The notes under the pieces: model-generated
What the model saw: only the letters and a program-made list of their open reading frames with translations
The model's database searches: none
Told to the model about the DNA's origin: nothing
Made by a program: the position numbers and the translations under genes
Source: Takakia lepidozioides
Taxonomy: Eukaryota; Plantae; Bryophyta
Assembly (NCBI GenBank): GCA_030704615.1
Contig: CM060731.1
Location: 7,378,001-7,442,000, forward strand
DNA: 64,000 bases
Direction of reading: 5' to 3'
Part shown: one piece after another, positions 49,947 through 62,219 of the stretch
Layout: each line of letters opens with the position of its first letter
Position numbering within the stretch: position 1 is the stretch's first letter

Positions 49947-50333
49947 CCTTGCAAAGGAGGACCTGAGGACGACTTGGATGCAGATGACAATGACCTTGCG
50001 GACAGCTACGAAGCCCTTAGATTTTGGAAATGATGCGAAGCGGAAGAGCAGTCCGGCCTCCAATAATGGAGCATTTGGGTCCCACGTACCCACCGACGGA
50101 GGTGGAACGTGTTCATCACGCCGGCGGTGGATGAACCCATACATCTTTCTCATCAACAAGTTATAGTTTGAGATCTGCCACCGAAGTCCATCCCCCCGGA
50201 TGGAAATTTGGCGCCGCATTTACATCGACGAGGGGATGGACTTCGTCGTGTCCAGTGGCTATCGGCCCACCTGGCAGTGAGTGCCCATAGTTTGCATGGC
50301 AGGGTAGGAAACTGAAATGACTACATTCATGAA

Positions 50334-52041
50334 CCTCATCCATCACAGCCGCCTTGCGTGCCAACTCCCTTTGAACCTCGAGCACATCCCACGTGTGCCA
50401 TGGATGTCTACACCCCGTGGTCCTCACCGGCTCGCCCCCACTCGCTGCCTGTACCGTCTCGGTAGGCAGAGAGACCGTCAGGGGAAGTGCACTCCGCACT
50501 CTACGTTGCTCAGCCATAGCCAAGCTGATAATCCAGGTCAAGCAATTGAGATCCATTGCTTGCCCCAAAACCTGACGATGTGATGCCTCAGAAAGAGAAG
50601 GCACTGTCGTGATCCCAGTGGAAAAACCCATAGCTCGCTCTTGCTCATCGGCATGTTTCACTAACTGCTGCAACTGAGCATCCCACAGGAGGCCAGGTCC
50701 ACTATCCCGGAAAGCATGCGATCTGGGAAGTTGAACAGTGTAGGTAGTGCTGCTCGTGGTTGACCCACCTTGTTGACCATTGCCAAAGCCGAACGGTCAT
50801 TGTGTCTTACATGCTGAGACTGCCTCCATGTGTCCAAAATGCTATCCAATGTAAGGTGTGCTGGCCGCTGCACCCCATCAAATGCACGCTTGAGCAATGT
50901 GGGTGGCATCAAGTTAGTCCACCATAACCGTGGACGATGAGCCCGTGACCCCACTGTAGCTGCATCCAGCAACACTGCTGACCCAAGCCATGACCGGACT
51001 TGATGCACACTGGCCATCACCCTGGCCGAGAATCGCCCATCAATGGCATATTCTCCAAGATATATGCTGGAGATACAACTTGATGAAGCTGTAAGTGACG
51101 CAAAACCCGCACCATCTCCCAAAACAGACCCGACCTCGAGTCTCGCAATCCATTGCCATGTCCGGCTGATGAATGCCCTTGGCAGGGCAACCTGCCACTA
51201 CCAGATCAATGGAGCCAACCCGCTCCAAATCTTGCGCCCCAGCAACGAAATGTCTGTTGGCAAGGCCTGCTGATATCCACGAATTGCAGACACCAGCAAC
51301 AACTCAGGGGTACTGCTACACCAACTGAGCAACATGGCGTAGGGAGACACGTCGGTAGTCTCATCCCTCTCCACATACAGGTAACGCCGAACTCGTACTC
51401 CTGCCTGTAGAGCAGCAGCAAATCCGGTGCTGAACGCAAACAAATCCAGAAGGCAAATGTCACACGATCGGTGTGGTGTCCAATGGTGACAACTGAGGTG
51501 GTCCTGGTGCAATCCCCGCACTGTCCTCCTCTCCTGACAATACAAAAGCCTCTACCCAGGCTTGTTGCACACGACAATCAATAATCCGCTGCAAATCCTT
51601 GCTCGAGCCCCACAATGGAGTGTGAGCAACCATGGCAGGCAACTCCGCCATACCATACATGTCATCCTGCTCTCCCAGAGGTGACACATCCTCTGAATGA
51701 GTGTTGCCATCCAACAACTCTCTAGGCCAAGTCACTGCAGCTGTGAATGCTGCCAGTGTTGGCATCTTGTCTCGCTGGGCAACCGCAACTCCTCCTATGA
51801 ACGTCACAGGGAGCTGCACATGCCGGCCTTCCCCTGACTGCCATGGAGGAGTTTAGGGTTTAGGGTCTATCCAGGCCTATAGGAAGCTAACTCCTCCCAA
51901 AAATCTAGGGTGAAGCCCATGGGGTAATAACACTGCCCCCACCAACAAGGACATCGTACGAGACCGCGTCTGTCACAATGGCCTTGGCTCTCATCATTGA
52001 AACATCGTAGGATGATCCAGCTATAGTCTGATAGCCAACTC
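50334..52041 (-). pseudogene. Second copy of the G2 protease-DNMT segment
   Basis: Repeat of 45885-47595 with different 1-bp indels. Confidence 0.85.
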
Positions 52042-53355
52042 AACTCTGCCGCGTCTAAGTGTTCCACCCAGTCTGTTTGGTCTGCCGACACGTAATTCCG
52101 CAAGATCTGCTTCACTACGGAATTCACTCTTTCCGTTTGGCCGTCGGTCGTAGGTCGGAAGGCGGTGCTCATCTTCAGCCTCGTCCCCATCTTCTTCCAA
52201 AGTGCCCTCCAAAATTTACTCGTAAAACTTTGGATCGCGGTCCGAGACAATATCCTTCGGGACTCCATGATGCTTTAAGACGTGGGCGAAGTAAAGTCGC
52301 CTGCTTCTTGTGCCGTTGTCGTCTCCTTGGTGGGGATGAAATGGCCCATTTTACTGAACCTATCCACCACCACCATGATTGCATCGAATCCTTTGACAGC
52401 GGCATAGCAGTCATGAAATCCATTGAGACGCTTTCCCAAGTCCCATCTGGAATCGGCAAGGGTTGTAACAGCCTCGCTTGCTTTTTGTACTCGCTCCGGT
52501 TTGTTGGCATGTGGTGCATGTCTTGACATACTCCTCTGCCTCCTCCCTCAGTTTGGGCCAGAAATACTCTTTCTTCAAGAGTGCCGAAGTGCGCTTAGCT
52601 CCGCCGTGGCCCGCAAGCGGGCTATCATGGCATTCTCTCAAGAGGCTATCTCTGATCCCTCCCTTCGGCACGTAGAGACGCTTTTGCTTATACCGGGCAG
52701 GTCCATTTTGCAAGTGGAACTGCGATTTCACCCCATCCTCAAGTCCTGCATCACGGACTTCGCCAGCTCATCCTTTTGGCAAGCCTTCCGGATCTTCCTT
52801 TGGAGCGCCGTCTCGCCCCTGTACACCAACAAAAGCTGTTGCTTTCTACTTAAGGATCGGCCACCACGTTGTCCCGTCCCGGTTTGTACTGGAATCCACG
52901 TTGAAACACCGCCAAAGTATCTTGCCACCTAAGTTGTTTGGGGACCACTTGGGCTGCGTGGCAAAATACTTCACCGTGACATTGTCCGTGAACACCTTCA
53001 CTGGGTTGGAAACAACATAGTGGTGCCAAAGCTCAAGACAGTGCACCACCGCCTTCATCTCTTTCTAGTGCATCGGCCACCGTCGCTCCACTTCATTCAG
53101 TTTCTTACTTTTGTAAGCCACTGGGCGTCCATCTTGCATCAGTACACCCCCAATCGCGAAGTCCGACGCATCTGTATGAATCTCGAACGGATGATCGAAC
53201 TCCGGGATTTCAAGACTGGAGCTTCCGGCATCCGCTGCTTCAATTCAGCAAAGGCTTGGCCACAAAAGGTGTTCCATGCCCAGACTTTGGATTTACAACA
53301 GAACGTCTGACAGTGGCCCCGCGATCTTGGCGAAATTTCTCACATACTTCCGGTA
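52042..53355 (-). pseudogene. pol: Second copy of G1 RNase H/integrase
   Basis: Repeat of 47596-48918 with more indels. Confidence 0.9.
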
Positions 53356-53826
53356 GTAGGAGGGGGGGCTGCTATTTCATGAGCCATGAGCCATGAGCGG
53401 CATGAGCCATGAGCAGAGTCGTAAGTGTGGAAAAAAACATGAGCAGCACTATTTTCCGGAAATGAGTGTCCGCGGGAATAGGGTTTAGGGTGCCACGGTC
53501 ATAGGGGGAGAAGGACCTCCCGATGAAGGAGGTTCGGCAATGTTATTTAGAATTATATATTGAAAGGCAATGTTTCGCGAATGGTAGGGTGGTACTGCTC
53601 TGTACAATGGGGGCCCATTTCAGCCTACCAGCCACTTGCAAAATCCACCCACACTCCCAATCCCAAACGAAATGAGCAATGACGCATTCTCGGAACGATG
53701 GACACAGAATAGAATAAAAAGAGGGCACAATGAGGTTTATATTGATCCACATGAATTGCATTTGAAGCACGTCTACTGTGCTGATTGTGCAATCAAATCT
53801 TTAGCCCTGTGCCTACTTAATACAAG

Positions 53827-54390
53827 TCATGTTGTCAATGGGACTTCGACTGCTCTCAGAACTAGCTCATGAGTCATGGGGCTCCTCCATGTAAAGTCGA
53901 TTGCAGCCGTTGTACCGCCCCTAGTGATGTTCACCACAATGTCCTGCCCTTCAATCATACCACCATCGAATATGGAAATCTTCACGTTTTCGTCGTCCAC
54001 ACCAATGCGAATGTCCCCATACAATGGAGAAGAGGAGCGCACTCCTTGAGGAGAATAGGTCTCTCCGATGGAGTCCACCCACGTCCAGTGGCAGCAGTTC
54101 CACCGCAACAGCATAGCAGTGCGCCTTCTTCTGCATGGGTGACCGTCGTAGCTGGGAAAATCGGAATCGAGGATGCGCAGGAGCCACGGACTCCTCAGAC
54201 CAAGATCGTCACCCCGCTCGAAGGCGTAGTGGCCTAGGATATACTCAAAAGCCACCAATGTTTCCACAATCGAACCAGTATCTTCTCTGTAATCTGTGTA
54301 CCAGATAACAATGTCTCCCGATGTGGCCGAATACATTGCATAATCGATGCCTCCAAATGGGCAATCGTCCCGGTTCCGGAAGCACGGCAT
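53827..54390 (-). CDS. Orphan A2 (187 aa) in its native position
   Basis: Translation identical to 49383..49946; divergent from A1 across ~560 bp. Confidence 0.75.
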   Translation of the reverse strand: MPCFRNRDDCPFGGIDYAMYSATSGDIVIWYTDYREDTGSIVETLVAFEYILGHYAFERGDDLGLRSPWLLRILDSDFPSYDGHPCRRRRTAMLLRWNCCHWTWVDSIGETYSPQGVRSSSPLYGDIRIGVDDENVKISIFDGGMIEGQDIVVNITRGGTTAAIDFTWRSPMTHELVLRAVEVPLTT

Positions 54391-54946
54391 CCTTGCAAAG
54401 GAGGACCTGAGGACGACTTGGATGCAGATGACAATGACCTTGCGGACAGCTACGAAGCCCTTAGATTTTGGAAATGATGCGAAGCGGAAGAGCAGTCCGG
54501 CCTCCAATAATGGAGCATTTGGGTCCCACGTACCCACCGACGGAGGTGGAACGTGTTCATCACGCCGGCGGTGGATGAACCCATACATCTTTCTCATCAA
54601 CAAGTTATAGTTTGAGATCTGCCACCGAAGTCCATCCCCCCGGATGGAAATTTGGCGCCGCATTTACATCGACGAGGGGATGGACTTCGTCGTGTCCAGT
54701 GGCTATCGGCCCACCTGGCAGTGAGTGCCCATAGTTTGCATGGCAGGGTAGGAAACTGAAACGGCTACATTCATGAAGCAGCCAATCTTCATCGGTCCAG
54801 GATCCTGTAGGGGGGAAATTTAAATGTGCCCTGGAGTGTTTGTGAGAAATTGCAGCGTTAGCTTGAACTTTTTCCAGCCACCGCGCTGCTCCTCCTCCAT
54901 CCGGGAGCTGCTGTCATTAAGCGTACTCCGCTACTCTTTTTCAAGG

Positions 54947-55525
54947 ATGTCGTGCCGCCGAAATCCAGCCGACTGCCCTTATCATGGCCACGATTATGCT
55001 ATGTTCAAACCAGAATCAGGAGACATCATTGTCTAGCTCTCTGTTTTCACAAACGCTGCTGGAATCAAGCAAGAGTCTTTGCGCGCAATGGAGTATCTGG
55101 AGGGCTATTACCGCTTTGAGCAAGGTGAGGGCGAGGGTCAATGCGGTCCGTGGGTCCTGAAAATTGTTGACCTCGATATACCAAGCTGGAAAGGGATGCC
55201 GGACAGATCACGCACGGCCTCGCTTTGGCGCTGGAACTGCTGCCAGTGGACCAGGGAGGACGGCACCGGGGAAAACTATATACGTGCAGATCACTCCGCT
55301 CTTCCAGTGTATGGAGACATTCGGCTGAGTTGCGAAGACGAATCGCACGGGCACATGAGGCCCACAGTGACCTTGTCAATGTATGCTGGTGGTATCATTG
55401 ATGGACATGACATTGTCGTCGGCTCCAGCAAGGGCAGCAGAACGACCGAATTGCAGTTTACCTCGAGGTGCCGCAGCAGTGATGAGCTTGTTTTGAGGGG
55501 TATCGAAGTTCCGTCGACTTGGTGA
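54947..55525 (+). pseudogene. Orphan A1 with a premature stop (TGG>TAG at 55034-55036)
   Basis: Otherwise collinear with 41390..41968, with several substitutions. Confidence 0.75.
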
Positions 55526-55781
55526 AGCCCATGTAGAAGGAGGAAGGGCTTAGTTTTGTCTGCAGTTGGTAAATGTGAGACATCGTGTCCGATCAATAAA
55601 CCCATCGTACCTCACTTCTGTACGATTGTGTTTCATTGTGTTGAATAACTGTCGGAATTGGCCCACTGTTTACAATTTGATGTCTCATTTCTACAATGTG
55701 TCTGTCCGGATGAATATAGCAGAGTAACCGGTATGTGAGTCATGTGTCAAGAATATACCAGAGTAACGCCATGTCGGACAT

Positions 55782-56572
55782 TGAAATGCGGCACCGCATT
55801 TCCATGTCGGGCATCGAAATGCGGCACCGCATTTCCATATCGGACATTGGAATGCGGTGGTGCATTTCCATGTCGGCATCGAAATGCGGCACCGCATTTC
55901 CATGTGGGACAAGGAAATGCGGTGCATCATTTCCGTCCAGGTACACGAAATACCAACACGGGTCTATAAATTGGACAGACAACGAGGTTGGCATTGCAAA
56001 TGCGGCGACGCATTTCCAGCTTGGCAATGGAAACTTCTTTTTGGACAAGGGAATGCGGTGCCGCATTTCCGTCCAACACTTCGAAAAGTGTGACATTTCC
56101 GACCAGCGCGATGGAATGCGTTACCGCATTTCCGTGAGAGGGTCTGCAAATGGACAAATTGCGATGTCCGTTCTGGAAATGCGGCGCCGCATTTCCATGT
56201 CCGTCATCGACTTTTTTTTTACAATGGAATGCGGTGCCAATTTTTGCTGATGGGCCTGTAGTTCGAACAACGACCATCCCCAATATGGAAATGCGGCACC
56301 GCATTTTCAATTCCGCCATCTCGACCTCCTTGTTCGACCTCTGTAAGCGTGGTGGCATCCATGCAATGAGCAGGAGAGGCCAAAACTGGCGTGTGGACAA
56401 AGGAAATTTTGGAAATGCGGTACCGCATTTCCAATCGGCCGATTACTTTTTACTATGCCAACATTGAAATGGAAAATTTAGTCCCTCCCCTGTTTTGGAA
56501 ATGCGGTGCCGCATTTCCAAAAGAGGTTCTTAGAGTTGCCAAAATTTTGGAAATGCGGTGCCCCATTTCTGA
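55782..56572. repeat. Palindrome cluster, copy 2, including five units at ~33-bp period
   Basis: Palindromes at about 55782, 55815, 55848, 55880 and 55913, then irregular spacing. Confidence 0.93.
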
Positions 56573-56706
56573 TTTTGGGAGCGTCGTGGTTTGAGCGATT
56601 GTGTGGCTGGAATGCACACTGGAGAGGGGTCACGAATGTCTGGCAGAATTTCCTTTATATACTCTGGAAGAGAATTTACATTTACAGAGACTTCATTAAA
56701 ATTCTA

Positions 56707-59700
56707 TTAATCTTGAAAATCATCCGAATCCTCATCCTGTTCTAGACTGTCCTGCTCCGCCTCCACCCCCTCAGTGCCTTTCTCATCTCCAGCGGACTGC
56801 TCGTTGGCCAGGCTTTCGAAAATCCCATCTTCCCCTTGCGGAACTGTCCATCTCAGCTCTGTTGGGTCGTCTTCCTCCCTGTCTGCGTCGCTCTCATCCG
56901 CTGAATCACATATGTACTTTCGTACCCGTCTACCTGTCTGAGCTGCTGCCAACTCTTTCCTTATCCTTCTGTCCTCCCTAGCCCTCTCCAAAATCTGCTC
57001 TACTTTACTGGGATTCTCACTTCTTCTAATCGCTGTATTTGCGAGTTTAGCTGCATAACTAGGAAGGGAGTAGTCCCTCACCGGCTCGTCATGAAGTCGG
57101 CCCTCGCAAAGAACGGGACATTCTTCCTGGCAGGAAGTGTAGGCCCTACATGTTTCGACCCGGACCCTGCAATCCTGCACATGACAATCATCAACGAGAC
57201 TAATGAGAACCACAGTCGGGAAATTCGTTTGACAAAATGACCAAGAAGGCTTTGCAAACTTACAATGTTTGCACTCACTCGTATTCCGGGTTCTCCTCCG
57301 CATCAATGTCCACTGTGTCTTCCTCGGACTCCGACGAATCCGAGGAGACTTCCGCTCTTTCGGGAGCCTTAACATTCCGTTGCAGCCCTTCCAGATGGGA
57401 TCCCCACACGGATGAATCCTCCTCGTAGGCAAAGAGGTGCCGGTCGGAAAACCGCCCAGCCCACATTGAGGCACCTGTTACAATGCCATCCACACATTAC
57501 CACATGGCGCTTCAGATGTTGCGAACTACATCCTAACGAGAATTTGCAGAACAGCATAGATCAAGATTCTGCATACCTGTCCCACAGATGAGGTCGAGCA
57601 CTGTGCCCTCCACGTCTGTGCATGTCTCCATAATTGTCTGAATGAAGGCAGGGCTCCGAGTCCGTGAGTACCGCAGGGGTTCCGTTGAAGTGAGGCTATG
57701 AGGGAGAAGTTCCTTGGGAACGTTGTTGAACAGAACGTCGTAATCGAGGGGGTCGCAGTTCGGGTCAACCTTTCCTCCCTCCTTCCGGAAAGCAAAGGTG
57801 GATTTCTCCTTCACAAAGCAGTATGCATCGAACTGCTTCGTCTGCATACACAGGGGGGAACGATTAGAAACCGAATGCGGCACCGCATTTGAAAACACCC
57901 AAGCAAATGAATGGACGAGTGCCAGTGTCGTAATCACCTTCTTCCCTTCCGACCAAAGGCCCAGTGTGTTGATGCACGTCCACTTCTTTTTCAGAATCGG
58001 GACGGCGCTCTTGCGGGTCCACTTCGCAATTCCTGTCTGAGTGTTTTTTCCTCTGCTCGCCAGGACAACCACACAGCCTCTGTCGTCCAACACCATGCGG
58101 GCAAGCCCGAATCCTTTCTTCCAAAAGTCCTCCGAGTACCTGTTCCAAGATGGCAAAGCTTGCAGTCCTTCCACAGGCTCTCCGTCCGGAATATCCAAGA
58201 TGATCATATCGCAAGACCACTCGGTGGCATTTCCGCCCCTCCTACAATCCTTGTCTGCACACACCCTCTCAAAGAACGAGACCATATTCTGAAATCCTGG
58301 GGTGTCGGAAGGCTCTTCGGCAGTCGCCTTCTTCAGTGCTCTGCCCTTCAGACCCTCCATGGTCTTCATGTATGCCAACTTGGCTGCCCGTCCATCCAAA
58401 GCCGCCAAGAAACTCTCATTTACACACTGGACTACTGTTTCGGGAGCCACTTTCGGCCTCTTCATTTCCACCGGCTCGAAAGGGTGCCCCCCTGGGGGGT
58501 TGAAGAGTGCCTTCTTTGCCGAGCCAGTTCTCGTGCCTCTCGTGACAACGGTGGGCACAGGGGAGGCAGCCTGCGTTTGGGGGGTGGGCTGGTTGCAAAG
58601 TCTCCATCGGAGTCCTCTTCCTCACCCTCTTCCTGAACAGGCTGTTTCTGCTTCTTCGTTTTGGCGGGTGTCACAACAGCTGCTCCTTGCTGGCGAGTCC
58701 TCTTCTTCGACCCCTTCTGTTGGGCCTGCACAGCTGCATCCACCGTCTTTTGTGCCATCTCAGCTGCCTTTCTGGATTCTTCCAGAGCAGCAGATTCCTT
58801 TGCCGACTTTGGCCCAGCAGGGACACGTCTTTCCTTTCTCTTCTCTTCTGCCAAGGCGTGCAGATCTTTCTCAGACTCGTCAACAATACCGCCAGACATG
58901 TCCAGGTACCACGGGCATCCAACGAGATGCGCGGGATGCCATTGTTTCTGCATCTCGGGTGTGTAGACACAGCTTGGGCCCGCCACGGTCCAAGCCATGA
59001 AGAACGGGGGCTCTTGAGCCAGGGCCCCTGTCTGAAGGAGCACGTATTTCATATACCTGCAAGGCAGTCAGCATGCGTGAGCAAAAGTTGAGACCAACCT
59101 ACTCGCAGAGTGCCACCGAAAACATAAAATGCGAATGCGGTGCCGCATTTCCGAGACAAACCTCGTAACCAGGCTTCGCATACAAGGGCAGCTGTGCTTC
59201 ACCTGTAAACAATTCGCATTGCAGCTTTCCCCGCTCCCTCCTGATGTGTAAACTCCACGCTCCTTCTTGCTGTCTGTAGCTCTCTGGCGAAAAGGTTGTC
59301 CTTGTACGCACATCTGAAACGTGTCACGTAGTCTTCCAATGTCTGTGTTCCATCCCATTTGACGTACAAGCCGAACGAATTTGTGTGCATTACGACTTGC
59401 TCCTTCGCATTCGACATTACCTGCGATTCCCAAATGCATTGTCACGTAGCAGTTCAGGGAATTCATTTCAGAAAAGCAAATCTGGGGAAGTACCTTGAAT
59501 TACCTGGAACCACCAAGTCATACGGTTGAGCCACACATCCACTGCAGGGTCGGAAACTTCCAGTGGAAAAGACCACATTGTCCTTATGCTCTCGGATGCA
59601 TTCCAGATCGACAGCCACCGTGTCTGCCATTTCCGATCCAATGTCAGGAGCTGGAAGAGAGTGGCTATTGCTAGGAAGGAACTTCAGTGCATTGAAACCT

Positions 59701-61827
59701 CACCTTCTCTTTCGCCTCCACACATGCCGTTGAGAGGTGATGCAGTTTCTCCAATTGCATGGTCGGCTGCATGGCCCGAGAATAGTGTTTTGCAATCTCG
59801 GGGATGAAGTCCTTTCCAAGTGCCGGATCTGCAATTGCCACCAGCTTCACAAGCTTTGACTTGTATTTGGTTCTGGACTTGACACCGGCTTCCTTCAAGT
59901 GCTCAGTCAATGACTGCAACGTTTTCACCTGCCCCTCACTTTCCATGAAGAAGCGTTTGGCATGGGCCAAATCCAGCTTGATGTTTGACTGCCAACAAAA
60001 ACATGCAGAAGCGTTACATTCGATTCATGTGGAAACATTACTGAAAATTGGGGAAGGATGAGCAGAGGGAAATTGGAGGACGACTTACTTCGTATATCAC
60101 CTCCACCATTCCATCCATAGTGAGACGATACCATGTCCGGTCTGTTTTTGCAACGGCTTTCTGAATGAGCTCGGGCTCCAGCATTTCCGCAAACATCTGC
60201 GGATCAGTGAGACCAGTTTTCCTCACCCTGTACAGCATATGTGCCATGTGGGTATGCACGTACGCATTCTCAGTGACCCTGCAAGGCACACTCTCCAGTT
60301 CAGTACACGGAAGCACGGAAACAAACCAGAATGGAAACCGAAATGCGGCACCGCATTTCGAACGTGCTAGGGAGGGTATGAGTATCTTACGAGTTGAGGT
60401 CCGCCATGGCATTCTTGAGCAGGGAGGAGTCTGCCGCCTTCACCTTGAGGATGACACACTCCACCATGTAATGCCAGCCAATGTGCTTGGCATGGTTCTG
60501 CTTGATGTACTCCCACCAGGCGAGAAGTCGGTGATTCCCGTCCCACACAAAGAACATTTTACCCGACATATGGCCGAAGTCTGGATCACCCTTCAGCGTC
60601 GCCTCGAATTCGTCGTTGCGAGTGTGCCAGTGGGTATCCCACGTTGACAATTCATCGGCAGTGGGTCCACGAGTTTCGCCGTCCTCATTCTCAATGGAAA
60701 CGTAAAACGCTGCCGATCCCAGACGGTACCCTTCTCGAAATGCGAACTTGAGCTTATCCACATCTCCGGGAAGGGCCTGCCTGACGATGGGAAGGGAGAC
60801 CATGCGACAGAGTGGGATTCGAAGAGTCCGCTGGAATACCCTGCTGCCCAGAACTCTGCCAATGCTACTGTGTGTCTCCTCCAACATTTTATCCGCTGCA
60901 CTTTTGAAATCCTCCGGAGACATGTCTGTAGGTGCCGGTAGTGGCTGAGCAGCTGGAGCATCCTCAACTGGAGCTGCACTCTGGGGCCTGTCTGCGGGCA
61001 ATTCTGCCATTGCAGAGGCCTCCTCCGGGCCTGCTTGCTCATCGGTGGTGAGGTCTTGCTGCGAACGTTGAGCGGCAGCACCCTCCTCCGGTACCAAATC
61101 GAGATCAACGGTCGATCCCATTGCCTTCGCTGCAGCAGAGTCGGCCCCAACATCTGCAGGCGGGAAATCCTCCAGGAACTGAGCTTCAGCTCGTGGAAGC
61201 GGTTTTGCGGGAGATTGTTCGGCCGTCGCCCTGATTGCCTTCTGCTTCCTCATCCTTGCAGGTGAAGGTGTCTGCTGCAATTGAATCTGTCTTTTACCCT
61301 GCTGCTTCATTCGCGTTGGGGGGGGTGAATCGGCCTGAGCCGGTTCAGAAGCCAGTAGAGGGACGGGCTGCTTCTTCTTCGACTTTGCTGGAGAAGGGCC
61401 CGACCCCTGCTGGCGATTCTCCATGACCGAAGAACGCGAGTCGATCTCTGGGGCTTTGAACTTGCCCTTCGAAGCCGCGTCTTTGAATCGCACAGGGCTA
61501 GGCCCGGCAGGAATACCCGCGCTCGGGGATCGGGTGGGTGTACGTGCTGCAGCTAGCTCCTCGGACTCTTCCTGCGGCTCTTCGGATTCCTGCGATCCCT
61601 CCAGCACGTCCACCTTTCCTGTTAGGCATGCAAACATGTTCTGCATTCAAGTCTCCTAGCATTCAGTCTAAGAATTACAGAAGCAAAATGGGGGGTTCGG
61701 TGCTCGATCAGCTGCGCGCAGCCCGATCGCATGGAGCTCTCACTGGTGGCTGGGTTGCCTGAGTGGCCTGCTGCTCGGAGATGGCAATCTCCTCCTGTAG
61801 ACGCATCTGCTTCCTCCCCTTCGGCAT
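56707..61827 (-). CDS. ParB-like / amino-methyltransferase-like cargo gene, copy 2 (longer open frames)
   Basis: ORF 60387..61646 (419 aa, ends in the DGNHR domain), ORF 57533..58558 (DMIILDIPDG..VLDLICGTG) and ORF 57275..57493 (ASMWAGRFSDRHLFAYEED). Confidence 0.72.
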
Positions 61828-62219
61828 TGGCCTACGTCCGAAGTATAATTTCCGGAGCTTGCGACGAGGTCTCCTGTCTGGTGCACGAACTCCCCCCTCT
61901 CAGGTTCGAGCATAAGAAGAACAGAGAGAGGGAAAAGGGGCAAAGAGTGCAGATGGAAAGGGCGCGAGAGGGGTGACTGAGGAGACACGACAAAAGTAGA
62001 TGAAACGGCGGTGATGCACCACTTGGGTTCGAAAGGGTTGGACGAAAGTGTCTCCTCGTGGACTTTGCGTCATTACGAAATTCGAATCGTTCAGGGTACG
62101 CCTGCCGTCCGAAAAACAAACATCATTATCCAACGGTCAGGCCGCGCCGCCTCATGCCCCTTCAGTCAGATAGAGTGCCGACATGTGCAGCAATTCCGTT
62201 GCTCCACGTGTTCACATTT

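Larger units (their letters stand above)
44475..54777. repeat. Tandem array of a ~4.44 kb composite unit (MULE right end + G2 protease-DNMT + G1 RNaseH/integrase), about 2.3 copies
   Basis: Unit starts at 44475, 48922 and 53364. Copies differ mostly by single-base indels. Confidence 0.95.

Noticed and set aside
54391-54663. N-terminal extensions of A2 (278 aa) and A1 (233 aa) in the ORF track
   Set aside because: Paralog similarity begins at the MPC methionine; upstream parts do not align and include palindrome sequence.
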